DNA of 50,768 nucleotides from Octopus bimaculoides (Eukaryota). A program made the translations under genes and the position numbers. Positions 1-11,994 of this stretch are shown piece after piece. Below the pieces are notes generated by a model. That model was not told where the DNA came from. It ran no database searches and saw nothing but the letters and a program-made list of their open reading frames with translations. The first letter of the stretch is position 1, and every line of letters begins with the position of its first letter. Where the stretch lies: the NCBI RefSeq assembly GCF_001194135.2, contig NC_068988.1:17836150-17886917 (forward strand), written 5' to 3'.

Positions 1-32
<32 letters not shown>

Positions 33-1116
33 TGTATTTTATTATGTACCATTTATATAATAGATACTGTACAATATAGTTGCATACATTGTATTTTATG
101 TATAACCATTATCGAACAATTTGTGTTAGTTCTTTTTTTCTTTTTTTTTTTGTTTGTTTAATGAACAATTTATTAAAAACCAAGAATCCAATCCTTAAAA
201 TAATATTTCAACATAAAACGCCATTGTCGTAATATAAATTTTATTATCTTTCGGGACTCACTGAAACCTTACCGTAATGTTATACGTGACAGATAAAATA
301 CGTGTGTCCATCTGCTCTGTGAAAGAGACACCACTTGTGGAGCCAAACACCATTTAAACAGGCGGTCAGCTATCATGTCGAGTACTGCTATGATTATTCG
401 AACCCTCCCTTCATATACTAATTCAAGTTTAAATCCACCTCATTTCTTTTCCTTTTCTTTTTTTCCGTTTTTTTTTTTTTTTGCATTCATAGTTATTTCT
501 TCCACTCAACTCTTTCATTCTCAATCGCCTGACGAAAACATCCTTTAAAATATTAAAGAATTATTACCCAGAAGCAGCAAGTAATTGAAATTTTGAATAA
601 AATATTAGAAAGCCATCTGGTGAATTATTTTAATTTTGAAATGGACAATTTATTATAATTATTTATTTGCGAAAATTGTAGGTGGATTAATTGTTCATAA
701 AAAGTTGTCCATTTAATAATTAATATATCAGGTGTCTTTTAGTATTTTATTCAAAATTTTAATTACATTGTCCTTCTACTTAATAAAACTGTAATATTTT
801 TAAAATATTTAAACTCTCTCATTTGTCAGGCGACAGAAACTCAGAGATGGGATAGGAGGGATTAACTCCCGCTCCAAACATCATTACACTTGATGAATTA
901 AGTTGAATTTGTTTATTGATCGAAGGGTTGGCTTAAGCATAACCACAAACATCATAATGATTGATCACTGGCTTAAAGAAGACCGGATCAACAGAAAGCG
1001 CACCAGCTAGAAAGGGATGTAGAAATAAATTATCTACACCCAATACGTTCCGATGAGGTTTCGTGTCAGTTGCTCGGAATGTTACAGTCCATATAAATTA
1101 TGACAATGGCGTTATA

Positions 1117-1327
1117 CGAGGGGGTGCTGAAAAGTTCCTGGCATTAAGGCAGTCACAAAAGGCCTGGTTGGAGGCCCAACCTTCCGAGTTCTTTTACATG
1201 GTTTAGAAAAACTGAAAGACTGTTGCAATAAGTGTATGAATCTGAGAGGCGAAAGTGTTGAATACAATCATAATGAACTGATGTATTTTCTTTTATCCAA
1301 AACCAGGGACATTTCAGCACTCCCTTC
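1117..1327 (+). mobile_element. Mariner-derived MITE / internal-deletion derivative
   Basis: 25-bp TIRs CGAGGGGGTGCTGAAAAGTTCCTGG (1117-1141) and CCAGGGACATTTCAGCACTCCCTTC (1303-1327), 20/25 complementary, with TA on both sides (1115-1116, 1328-1329). The interior reads AWLEAQPSEFF / GLEKLKDCCNKCMNLRGESVE with a frameshift, matching the mariner transposase C-terminus (WL..Q...FF..GI.KL..RW.KC...GEYVE). Confidence 0.88.
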
Positions 1328-1426
1328 TATACTGATAAATTATTTCATGGGTAGATTATTCGTTTATTAGTTGCTGTACGTGCATGTGTATAACTAGATA
1401 TGACATCTTAATACGTATGTATACAC

Positions 1427-1495
1427 GTGTGTGTGTGACACGCGTGTGTGTGTGTGACACGCGTGTGTGTGTGACACGCGTGTGTGTGTGTGTGA
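1427..1495. repeat. Higher-order microsatellite, (GT)n-GACACGC x3
   Basis: Three units of gtgtgt...gacacgc; each junction contains the self-complementary ACACGCGTGT. Confidence 0.9.
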
Positions 1496-1948
1496 TGTAT
1501 GTGCGTAGTCATCCTGCTGCCCTTTAAGAGTGGAAGTGAATATAGGTGTATATGCGAGTACGCTTGTGTATGTATTCATGCATGTACGTGTATTTGTGCC
1601 TTTCCTGAGATACAAATGCCCATTTCACCTTCATACAATTAGATCGATTCTTCAACGCTGCAAAATATAAGGGCCGAAGGGATGACATACATCTTTTCAG
1701 TATTTCAATATCACAGTCAACTTCTAATCTTCCAGCTAACGGGTTAGGTATCGAGACGTACATTTTATTCTAAGTTATCCGTATATGCGTGTGTGTGTAT
1801 ATGTATATATATATAAATGACTATCAACTCTTTCGTTGGAACAATTTAATATATCATTCTCCTGAGACGTAATCATTACTCAATTATTTTTTTATGTTTG
1901 ACTATTCATAAATACAAGCGTTAATACATGTACGCACTTTCACACATC

Positions 1949-1951
<3 letters not shown>

Positions 1952-1998
<47 letters not shown>

Positions 1999-2027
1999 CT
2001 TATGTTTAAGTATAAATAAATAAACGA

Positions 2028-2065
<38 letters not shown>

Positions 2066-2149
2066 ATGTATATATATATGTATATATACATATATATATA
2101 TATGCATACATATATATATTCATATATACATATATTCATACATATACAT

Positions 2150-2187
<38 letters not shown>
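1952..2187. repeat. Compound (CA)n/(TA)n/(TG)n microsatellite
   Basis: Read directly from the sequence. Confidence 0.95.
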
Positions 2188-2189
<2 letters not shown>

Positions 2190-2302
2190 TGGAAGTAGCC
2201 GTGTGGTAAGAAGCTCGCTTCCCACCCGCGTGGTTCCGGGTTCAGTCCTACCACGTTGCAACTTGGGCAAGTGTCTTCTATCATAGCCCTTGTCCGACTA
2301 AA
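2188..2302 (+). mobile_element. SINE family A, 5' part
   Basis: tRNA-like head (gccgtgtggtaagaagc...ggttcagtcc) followed by ttgggcaagtgtcttcta; matches the other family A copies in the window. Confidence 0.8.
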
Positions 2303-2875
2303 ATTCTGATTTATTACATTCGGTGTGGATGAAGAAATAGATACGTACCCGAAGTGCTTTCTGCAAGAATATTGACATTGTTATATAGTTGCGTGCGTGT
2401 GTGTGTGAGAGAGAGGGAGATGAAGACACAGAAAGAGAGAGAGTAACGTGTGCGAGTGCGAGTTTGTGTGTTGAGCTTAAGTACTTGCACGTGCGTATGT
2501 TATCTATGATACAATTTTTGTATATCCCTATTAATCAACCCCGACTGAGCTAGTCTCTGTCGATAAGCATAGCAGCTATTCGCCTCACGGAACTTTAGAG
2601 GGAATCTAGAACGATAATATCGAATAGGATCTTCGATGAGATATAGCTGTCATATATAACATATCAAGGATCCTCATACGCACGTTCTCGTTGGCATTGT
2701 TCAGCATAATTGACGGTATACGTATGCATTTATATAAAGTTTACATGAATCCATCAAGCCATATCAGACCATAATTGTAAGACTTTATAAGTTGCTTAAC
2801 ATGCATGCATGATGTGTGGAAAATGCCTGCTCACATTTATACTTTTACACGTAAACACATAAGTGTGTGCAAATG

Positions 2876-3200
2876 TGTGCACAGTTTCTCTTCTCTATCC
2901 CAAATCATTATATCAGATCTGTTGTACTTACATTTTATTGAGATCTTCTCTGGTACATTCCACCAGTATTCCTTTTTATTATGAGTGGTTGTTGCTTACA
3001 CCATATTGTGAGTTCTTATTTCTTTGGTCTCGGGATTATCCTTCCGACGGATTTCATTATAGAGTGTCCTAGCTACAACATCATGTTTCATCGCTAGATA
3101 ATAGTGTGATAACTTTTTCGGAGAACTGTTAAAGATGTGCGTGATATATTCAGTGTGAACTCCACAAAGCCTGCATTGGTTGTCACATTTTACGGCTTTT
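2876..3200 (-). pseudogene. Non-LTR retrotransposon fragment, restriction-like endonuclease (RLE) class: zinc knuckle and start of RLE
   Basis: Minus strand reads CDNQCRLCGVHTEYITHIFNSS...KHDVVARTLYNEI, a stop, then NKKEYWWNVPEKISIKCKYNRSDIMIWDREEKLC. This fits the CCHC knuckle, RHD motif and N.PDI..WD RLE motif of R4/NeSL-type elements. Clade not resolved. Confidence 0.85.
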
Positions 3201-3940
3201 CCTGCATGTCTATGTACATAGGTATGTATGTATGTATGTATGTACGTTTGTGTGTGTGTACGTATGTATGTACGTATGTATGTGTGTATGTATGTATGCA
3301 TACATGCAAATATACATACAGTGTGTTTGGGCAAAATTTGATGGTTTGTATCCGAAAATATTTTTAAAATCAAAAAATATCAACTAGATTGTGACGAGGA
3401 GATAACATTTTACTCAAAATAGACGCTATTCAGATAGATTTCATTCCTTTGTGTCAGCTTTTTCTCAACTACAACTTTAATCTTTATGCTCTCCAACGCT
3501 GTTTACTGTTCACCAAAACAGAAAGCTGTTACTGAAAAATGGGGACATCAGAATAATTAAATTTAACTCGAACATCCTCTACATATATATGCGTGTGCGT
3601 GGAGAGAGCAGGGCAGAGAGAGACACATACACACACCTGTATATATTAAAATAGAAAGGGTAAATAATAGGCGTGAGATAATGAGATATTAAGCGAAGAT
3701 GTAGAAAATTAAGGAAAAAATACAGCGGTCTGTTGGTTGACAGCTATAAGGCACAGTAATTGAACTACAGAGGAGAGGAAACGAAAATGTCAGTGATAAA
3801 AACATTGAGAGAAGTAAAGGTAGAGAGAGATAGAGAACTGTATGAAAGTTCACGAATGAAGTATTTCATTTTGGTTCAGCTGATAAGCATTCTTATCCAA
3901 AAATGTTTCTGTGTTCGTTGCGAAATGAGGTTTCTGTATG

Positions 3941-4795
3941 ACTGAATGGTTTGAACATCAAGCAAACGGCTTGTGGTCTTTAGTTACGAGGCTCTGTGCT
4001 CTATGTTCAATCCCGATGAGGTCAGCTTTACTTTACAGGTCTCCTGAGGTGATAAAATAAATTACCGGGGCCTACGTAATTGACTTACCCTTCCTCTCAA
4101 AACTGCTGGCCTAGCGCTAAAATCTAAGTAATTATAAAGGCGATGGGCTGGTAGAATCCTTATCACGTCATGGAAAATGCTTAGCGATATTTCTCCAGGC
4201 TCTTTATGTTCTAAGTTTGAATTCCTCCGAAGTCGACTTTGCCTTTCATACTTTCGAGGTCGATAAAATAAGTACCAATCGAATACTGCGATCGATGTAA
4301 TCAACAACCTCTTCCCCAACTGTTGGCCTTCTACCAAAAATTTGAAACTGTTATCATTATCATCGTCATCATAATTAGCATGGTGGATGGACAGACTGGT
4401 TAGAGCATCGGAAAATGCTTTGAGGTATTAGTCATGACTTTTTACATTCCGAGTTCAAATTCTGCCGGTGTCATCTTTACATTTCATCCTTACGAGGTCG
4501 ATAAAATAAAGTACCAGTCAAGTAGTGGGGGAGTCGGTGTAATCTATTTGCCTTCTCCCTTCAAAAAATTTTACCTCCTCGTGCCAAAAATAGAAAGGAA
4601 TTAGCAGAATCATCTGCACGCCGGACAGAATCATTTGCACGTTTAGTGGCATTTCTTCCAGCCTTACATTCTGAGTTCAGATTCCTCCGAATTCAACTTT
4701 ATCTTTCATCCTTTCAGGGTCGATGAAAGGAGAACCAGTCAAATAATGGATTCAATGTAAATTCCAGACCTTGTACCTATAGTAGAAAGGATTAA
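3941..4795 (+). mobile_element. Head-to-tail array of four SINE family B copies (~3941-4090, 4139-4349, 4380-4598, 4600-4795)
   Basis: Each carries the family core ttctgagttcaaatt...gtcgactttgcctttcatcctttcggggtcgataaaataagtacc in diverged form; the first copy is the most decayed. Confidence 0.8.
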
Positions 4796-5128
4796 ACAAT
4801 AAAATGTCACTTTCCTGTGCTGCCTAATTTTAATCGTCTCTCAGTTATATTCTTGTGTTGCTTTTCCTCGTAAATTTTATTTTGACTGTTTTGTGATTTG
4901 CATTTTTTTTTTCATTCCATCCTTCACAGCTCCACCACCATCACATTCCATCAGCAGATACGCTCACAAACAGCTCTACTCTAAACAAACAGCAACATTT
5001 CAGTACTTGAAAGTGGAGCTTACTCTGTATGCGTCTTTCCTTGAGGTTGTCTGTCGAGTTATACCATCAGATAAAACTTCATATTTCAAGGACAGAAGCC
5101 AAATAAGGGAGTCAAATGGTAATTGAAC

Positions 5129-5298
<170 letters not shown>

Positions 5299-5639
5299 TG
5301 TGGGAGAGTAGTTATTACGGAGAGAAAAGCTGTGAGTGAGAGACAGATGAGAGGAAAGGTGAAGAGAATGAGTGTGAGAGAGAGAGTGAAGTGGTTAGAG
5401 ATGCTCTAAGTAAAATCGATAGAAATGTACTGTATATATTTTGGGAGGGGCGACAAGGAAGGTGCATGGAGCGCTGGGAGGTGTGTATTTTGTTTATTTT
5501 ATGTACTTGCGGAGTATTTATTATCTTGCCAATGATGTCGATGCTCTTAGTAATACTGTTCTTTGCGATGCATTTCTTGATGTGTTTGATGTTGTTGTCG
5601 TCGCTACTGCAATTACTGCTCTCCGTTATATAGTGATAG

Positions 5640-6290
5640 AAAACGTTATGGCAATGGAGAAACTGTAGTAGCGATGATGAGGTAGTATTCGTTATCCTGC
5701 TGTTAGTAATGTTGGTATTAGAGATTGTAGTTAGTGGTAACGCTGATATAAATGAGAATTTAGTGGAGATGGTTCTGGTAAAATTACTGTGTCCGATTTC
5801 TTTTGCTTTTAGTTGGTCTTCAGGATACGAGAAATGGGGTTTGTAATTGTTGTTGTGGTGGTGGTGGTGGTGGATTTAGAGTTTGAGGTGATGACGTTGA
5901 TGGCCGTGAACTTAATAATGGCTATGGTAATTAAACTGGAGTTGATGGCGGCGGCGGCGGTGGTGGTGGTGACGATTGTAGTGATGGTACTGGCGGTATT
6001 GAAAGTGGTGGTGGTGGTGGTGAATGTTATGGCGATGGTTGTGGTAATTGCAGTATTTGTGGTGATAGTGTTCACGGTGATGTTAACGGTGGTGGTGGTG
6101 GTGGTGGTGGTGTTGGTGGTGGTGGTGTTGGTAGTGGAGTTGGCGGTGATAAACGTATTGCTGATGGAGATGGCGATAACGATGGTGGTGGAGATAGAAG
6201 TGGGATTGGTGGTGGAGTCGATTGTGCAGTTGATGATGTCGGTGAAAATAATCCATCGAACACATTTACAATTTGATCTATAATGCTATA
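5640..6290. repeat. Low-complexity GTG/GAT/GTT trinucleotide-rich tract
   Basis: Degenerate (GGT)n/(GAT)n runs that give rise to poly-Val/Thr/His ORFs. Confidence 0.9.
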
Positions 6291-6469
6291 CATTCATGTA
6301 ACTAGATACCAAATAGAAAATAGATGTAAAAATGGAAACCTTGATACGTTATATTATAGTCATTATTCATTGTTTTTTTTTTTTACATTATTTTAGCATT
6401 GATGGTGATGTTCTTTATAAGTTTTACATTCTTTTTTTATTTTCTTATTGTTAAGCTGTAAATAGGTGA

Positions 6470-6910
6470 TTCTGTAGGAAGCGCGACAAAATGGTTTTGT
6501 AATATAGTTACATTCATTGGCATTCTAATTTCAAATTCCACAAACGTCGACTCTGCCTTTTACTGTTCTCGATCACTGAAATAAAATACTAACCAAATAG
6601 TGGTGTAGATATAATCGGTTATATAGGATATTTTCCTTCAAATTCAAATAAAATTTGTGGCATGGGACCTTTTTTAGAAGACTTTGATTTTCATTATTTC
6701 AAAAGAAATTATTATTACTAATCATGGAGGCGGCGAGCTTGACAGAATCGTTAGCACGCCGGAAAAAATAGCGGCATTTGTGTTTACGTTCTGAATTCAA
6801 ATTTGGGAGTCGATAAAATAACTACCAGTGAAGCACCGAGTCAATATAATCCACTTACCCTATCCCACACGATTTCAGATCTTGAACCTTTAGTTGAAAG
6901 GATTATTATC
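6470..6910 (+). mobile_element. Tandem pair of SINE family B copies (~6470-6685 decayed; 6728-6910 internally deleted)
   Basis: ttcaaattccacaaacgtcgactctgcctttt in the first copy; ggcggcgagcttgacagaatcgttagcacgccgg head and gtcgataaaataactaccag in the second. Confidence 0.72.
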
Positions 6911-7166
6911 AGAATGGTGGATGACGACAGCAGGATGCAGGAACAATTTTTTTCAGAAGTTTCCTACCGCATTTTACTGTCGTAGACAATTTCCACAAGG
7001 CGTCACTCTACTTTTCATGCAACTTAGTTTGATAAAACATATGCCAATCAAAATTTTAGTAGGAAAGACCTTTTTAATGAATTGCATTCCCATATAAAAT
7101 ACGTGTCTATGTTTCATTGATACGCAATATCATTATAATTATTATTTTATTTGCCATACACATATA

Positions 7167-7555
7167 GTGGAGGCGCAATGGCCCAGTGGTTAAGGCAGCG
7201 GACACGCGTCATAGGATCGCGGTCCCGATTCCCAGACCTGGCGTTGTGAGTGTTTATTGAGCGAAAACACCTAAAACTCCACGAGGCTCCGGCAGGGGAT
7301 GGTGGCGAACCCTGCTGTACTCTTTCACCACAACTTTCTCTCACTCTTACTTCCTGTTTCTGTTGTTCCTGTAATTCAATGGGTCAGCCTTGTCACACTG
7401 GGTCACGCTGAATATCCCAGAGAACTACGTTAAGAGTACACGTGTCTGTGGAGTGCTCAGCCACTTGCACGTTAATTTCACGAGCAGGCTGTTCCGTTGA
7501 TCGGATCAGCTGGAACCCTCGTCGTCGTAAGCGACGGAGTGCCAACAACAACAAC
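7167..7555 (+). mobile_element. SINE family C, full length
   Basis: tRNA-like head with A box TGGCCCAGTGG and B-box-like GGTCCCGATTCC; (AAC)n tail; probable TSD acacatata (7158-7166) / acacgtata (7554-7562). Confidence 0.92.
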
Positions 7556-7886
7556 ACGTATACTTCACTGCCAAACTGATAGTCCTTGCGTCTGGATTTC
7601 ATATTATATTTGCATATCATATTATTCAGCTAATATATACAACCTCTTTTCTCCGAGAACAAGCCATACCAACATAGAAGACATGTCTTGCTGTCCTTCA
7701 TAATTTATATTTATTTGTACGCATTTGCATACCTCAGACTATCACACTGTTTTCATTCACCACAAACTACTGTCTTAAAAGTAAGTACCGTACAAATTTC
7801 CCATACTGGGACCAATGATTTTCGTGTATTCGTGTCTAGATTAGTTAAGATTGTATCTTACTTCCAAAACTGATAGAATAATCATT

Positions 7887-8601
7887 TACGCCATGGGCTA
7901 GTGGTGGTCATGGTGCACCCCGCTTGTGATTTACTTTAATGGGTATTTTCATATAGCCCTGGGTCTAGCAAGTCAGATAATTGATGTTGCTAGCAAAAAA
8001 CCTGGGATGAAAGATACTCGCCATGGACTTTTTGACCACGCCTACTTTTACAGCGGGGTATGGAAAATTCAAACTACTCTAACTTTGCTAATCTTCGCCA
8101 AAATATTTCAAATGACCACTTAAAAGGATTACCTAGTCCAGATCTACAAGTTCATGCAAAAGATAAGCAAATTTATTCTGTAAAAAGGTCACCACAGGTC
8201 TAAAGGCCACGAACTTTGACCTTGACCGATAATATCTCGCATGCACAGGCTTTATTTAACACCAAGACCATATCAAAACGAAGGTTTACATGTGCTTTTT
8301 AATACCAGGAGTAAAACAAATGAAAAGAAGTAGTGTCTACCCCATGGAATGCGAGATATTTCCGCACTGTCTTGTACGTATTGTTGAATGTGTCGAATAG
8401 ATAGCAAAATCGAGCAAGCGATACTTTAGAATCTTTCTTTGAATCATTGCAAATGATGATGATGTTTGAGTTGATCTATAAAATGAAACATCAAATTATG
8501 CAAATATTTTCATCAAAGAGGTTGGTTGTTGAAGTCAAAAGTAAACAAAACTTGACCCTACCTACACCATAGCAGTTTGTTATACTTGGTCATTATGAAA
8601 T
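7887..8601 (+). repeat. Left terminal inverted repeat of the Academ-like element
   Basis: Alignable by eye along its length to the reverse complement of 10198-11421, e.g. gtcaaaagtaaacaaaacttgac vs gtcaagttttgtttacttttgac. Confidence 0.93.
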
Positions 8602-9043
8602 GTGCCATCTTATTTTAATATTGAAACAAATGCCGGCCTGTATAATACTTTCTATCTCTCAAATTTAAACAAGATCTATTTCAAATGTGGCGGCTGTTAC
8701 CTTCCACCATGGTAGGTATATACACAGAATTAAAACAATGGATGTACGTGTTTGCCTTAAAGTTGAATTAGAAATCTCAGCTGAGCACCCTTCAGATCAT
8801 TAAAATTTTAACGCATTTCCAGTAAGCATTCATCCTAATTCTTGCTTGGTTGTATCTTATTTTCACGACAGTTATATCTGTTCTTAGATTCATTAACCTT
8901 TTAATGCATTGAACTTCATCCCATCCACTTACGTCACATAATTGTCAAAGATGACAACAGTATTTGTGAACTATTTATTACATTCATGAGTTGTTTCAAG
9001 TGTCCGATTAATAATCATCATCATCACTTTCAGTATCACTGTC

Positions 9044-10110
9044 CTATCCTACTCTGACAAAGAAATCACTTTCACTAAGTTCGCTGTCATTATCAGGGTC
9101 AGAATCTGTTGTGCAAGTTTCATCTTCAAGTTCTTCTTCTAGAATATCCACCAACTGACTGGGAATCACTTCACCCTCTATCCACTTCAGCTTCATAATT
9201 CCAGCTTCCATTGTCCATCCATATCCTTCGTCTGATCTAGCCACTAAAGGTTTTGTAATTTTCGCGAGCTTCCATAGCGAGCTTCCATATCCTGGTCTGG
9301 AAGTTTCTTCGCGGAACATGCTGCTCTAGGACGTTTCCACATGGGGGCAGTGAAACGAAATCGTATTGCTTAGTTTTTATGAAATCATCCTTTCCACCGC
9401 ACTTAGCTCGCAAGGTTGTGAACCGCAATGAATTCAACTTTTTTTGTGCTTTTGTTACCATACGGCACACATATGAACCTTTCCAGTTCAATCATCACCT
9501 CCTCATCGATTTCTCAAGACTCCCCTAAACTGGAGAACGCTTTCTGAAATAATTCATCTATTTCAGCGACTTTCAGTCCCTTCACTTTCCCTTCCCTTTG
9601 AAGGCACTGATACTATCGCACCCGGTGAAAGCATGATAACCCAGCAATGCTTGGACACATCGATACAGCGTCGTGTGTTGCCCTTTCCAGTTTCAAACAG
9701 AATTTAAAGTCCTTCCAGGAATCTAGCATGGTGAAGTAAGATGAAAAGTATGTCGAAATCGGGACTCTTCACGCGAACGGATTTGCATCCCCGTTTTGCA
9801 ATACAGGATCTCACAGGGGTCAGTTTCCTCCTGTGAAGATACGAGGTGTATTTCTTTACAGAATGTGTTATGTCCATCCGATGTCAACTGGTAAGCTTTT
9901 CTTTCACACATCAGTACCATCTCATGTGCAGTGAGAATGTCGGCAGACACCTCACTACTCCAAGTCGAGAGCAAAAGCTAAATGAACTCTGTCTTGTTCT
10001 CATCATTTGCAAGAAAGACTTTCCAGTCTTTCGGACGCTTTGTTTTCTCACAACTCAGGATGAGTTTATCTCCAGCAACTAGTCTGTTTTCGTTCCACCA
10101 CTCCTACAGT
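9044..10110 (-). pseudogene. Decayed XPG/FEN1-like (PIN fold, H3TH) nuclease domain of a transposon protein
   Basis: Across stops and frameshifts: PKDWKVFLANDENKTEFI, LVSSQEETD, VKSPDFDILFILLHH, FETGKGNTRRCIDV, ALLGYHAFTGCDSISAFKGKGK, LPPCGNVLEQHV..NFQTRIWK, GYGW...LKWIEGEVIPSQLVDIL, then an acidic tail. Confidence 0.85.
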
Positions 10111-10197
10111 CTTCCTTGTACATGTCAGTTTTAAATATGACAGTTGACTGATGAAGAGGAATTTGGCTCGTTCTTTACCTGAATTTTTCCATCTTTG

Positions 10198-10863
10198 ATT
10201 TCGTAACGACCATTTATAACAAACTGCTATGGCGTAGATAGTGTCAAGTTTTGTTTACTTTTGACTTCAACAACCTCTTTAATGAAAATATTTGCATAAT
10301 TTGATGTTTAATTTTATAGATCAACAAAAATTAATCTTCTGTGGTCATTTGCAATGATTCAAGAAAAGATTCCAAAGTACCGCTTGTTAGATTTTGCCTT
10401 ACTTCTATTCGACACATTCAGCAATACGTACAAAGCAGCATGTAAAAGTACAGAAATATCTCGCATTCCACGGGTAAACACTACTTCTTTTAATTTTTTT
10501 CTTTTCTACTTCTGGTATTAAAAAGCTCATGTAAACCTTCGTTTCGATTAATTTTCAATTTAAAAAAACGTTATATGGTCTTGGCGATAAATAAAGCCTA
10601 TGGATGCGAAATATTATAGATCAAGGTCAAAGTTCGTGATCTTTAGTCCTCTGCAGATCTTTTTACTCTTTCTTTTTATTCATTTTACTTGTTTCAGTCA
10701 TTTGACTGTGGAGCACCGCCTTTAGTCGAGTAAATCGACCCCAGAATTTATTCTTTGTAAGCCTAGTACTTATTCTATCGCTATCTTCTTGCCGAACCGC
10801 TAAGTTACGGGGACGTAAACACACCAGCATCGGTTGTCAAGCGATGGTGTGGGGACAAACACA

Positions 10864-10913
<50 letters not shown>

Positions 10914-11421
10914 GAAGTCCGTCGTGTATATATATATATATATATATATATACACGACGGACTTCTTTCAGTTTCCGTCTACCAAATCCACTCACAAGGC
11001 TTTGGTCGGCCCGAGGTTATAGTAGAAGGCTTTTGCCCAAGGTGTCACGTAGTGGAACTGAACCTGCAAGCTACTTACCACATAGCCATTCCTGCCCCTA
11101 TTTATTTTTGCAGAATAAATTTGCTTATCCTTTGCATGAACTTGTAGATCTTGATCGGGCAATCATTTTAAGTGGTCATTTGGAATATTTTGGCGAAGAG
11201 TTGCAAAGTTAAAGCTGTTTGAATTTTCCATAGCCCTAATTTTCTGCCTCCACCTGTAAAAGTGGGCGTGGTCAAAAAGTCCATGGCGTGCATCTTTCAG
11301 CCCGGTTTTTTTGCTGGCAACATCAATTTTTCTGACTTTTTAGACCCAGTGCTACATGAAAATACCCATTAAAGTAAATCACAAGTTGGGTGCACCATGA
11401 ACCCCACTAGCCCATAGCCTA
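10198..11421 (-). repeat. Right terminal inverted repeat, interrupted by a SINE
   Basis: Homology to the left TIR stops in a T-run at ~10664 and resumes at ~11105. Confidence 0.92.
10665..11100 (-). mobile_element. SINE family A, near full length, nested in the TIR
   Basis: Head at ~11100, internal (CA)/(TA) microsatellite, 3' half ending in atgactgaaacaagtaaaa; lacks the short ccacatggtt segment. Confidence 0.93.
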
Positions 11422-11867
11422 ATTAGTTCTATGATATGAGCTAAGTTCAATACTTGTTTATAATCATGCTACGTTGAGCATGCTAGATATATCCCTTACA
11501 TATTAACTCTTTCATTCATTTTGATATGATTTATACTTATATTAATCTTCGTATATCTGTGCACCACTTTGTTCCTTAAATTTTTGGTGGGAATGGGGTG
11601 GTACAGTTACCTTATTTATTTAATCTAAGCTTATTTTTAGTTCTTTCTAGCATCAGAAATGTTCGAACCAGCGTAAAGTTTGTTGTCATACTTATAGAGT
11701 AACTAGAAAATTTTGTCCAAACTAACTGTGGAATTTAGGGTTGAACCTATCTGTGGAAAATGATAACACACGTCTTCCCCGGAATATTCGATTTCTGATA
11801 TAAATCATCCGTAATTACAATTCTTTCGTTGGTATTTCAAATATACATAATATATATATATATATGC

Positions 11868-11909
<42 letters not shown>

Positions 11910-11949
11910 GTGTGTGTATGTGTGTGTGTATGTGTGTGTGTATGTGTGT

Positions 11950-11994
<45 letters not shown>

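Larger units (their letters stand above)
7887..11421 (-). mobile_element. Academ-like (AcademX-type) DNA transposon, non-autonomous deletion derivative
   Basis: Termini TACGCCATGGGCTAGTGG and CCACTAGCCCATAGCCTA (30 of the first 34 nt complementary); ATT on both flanks (7884-7886, 11422-11424); ~0.7-kb TIRs; internal XPG/PIN-like nuclease remnant. The superfamily call rests on recalled Academ hallmarks (3-4-bp TSD, long TIRs, XPG domain). Confidence 0.8.

Noticed and set aside
1049-1085. CCGATGA followed by GGAA as a possible hammerhead
   Set aside because: No GAAA and no convincing stems.
5813-6283. 156-aa Val-rich ORF and overlapping Thr/Pro/His-rich ORFs
   Set aside because: Produced by a GTG/GAT low-complexity tract that is open in several frames; no domain motif.
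7167-7240. tRNA-like heads of SINEs as tRNA genes
   Set aside because: They lack acceptor stems and continue into shared SINE bodies.
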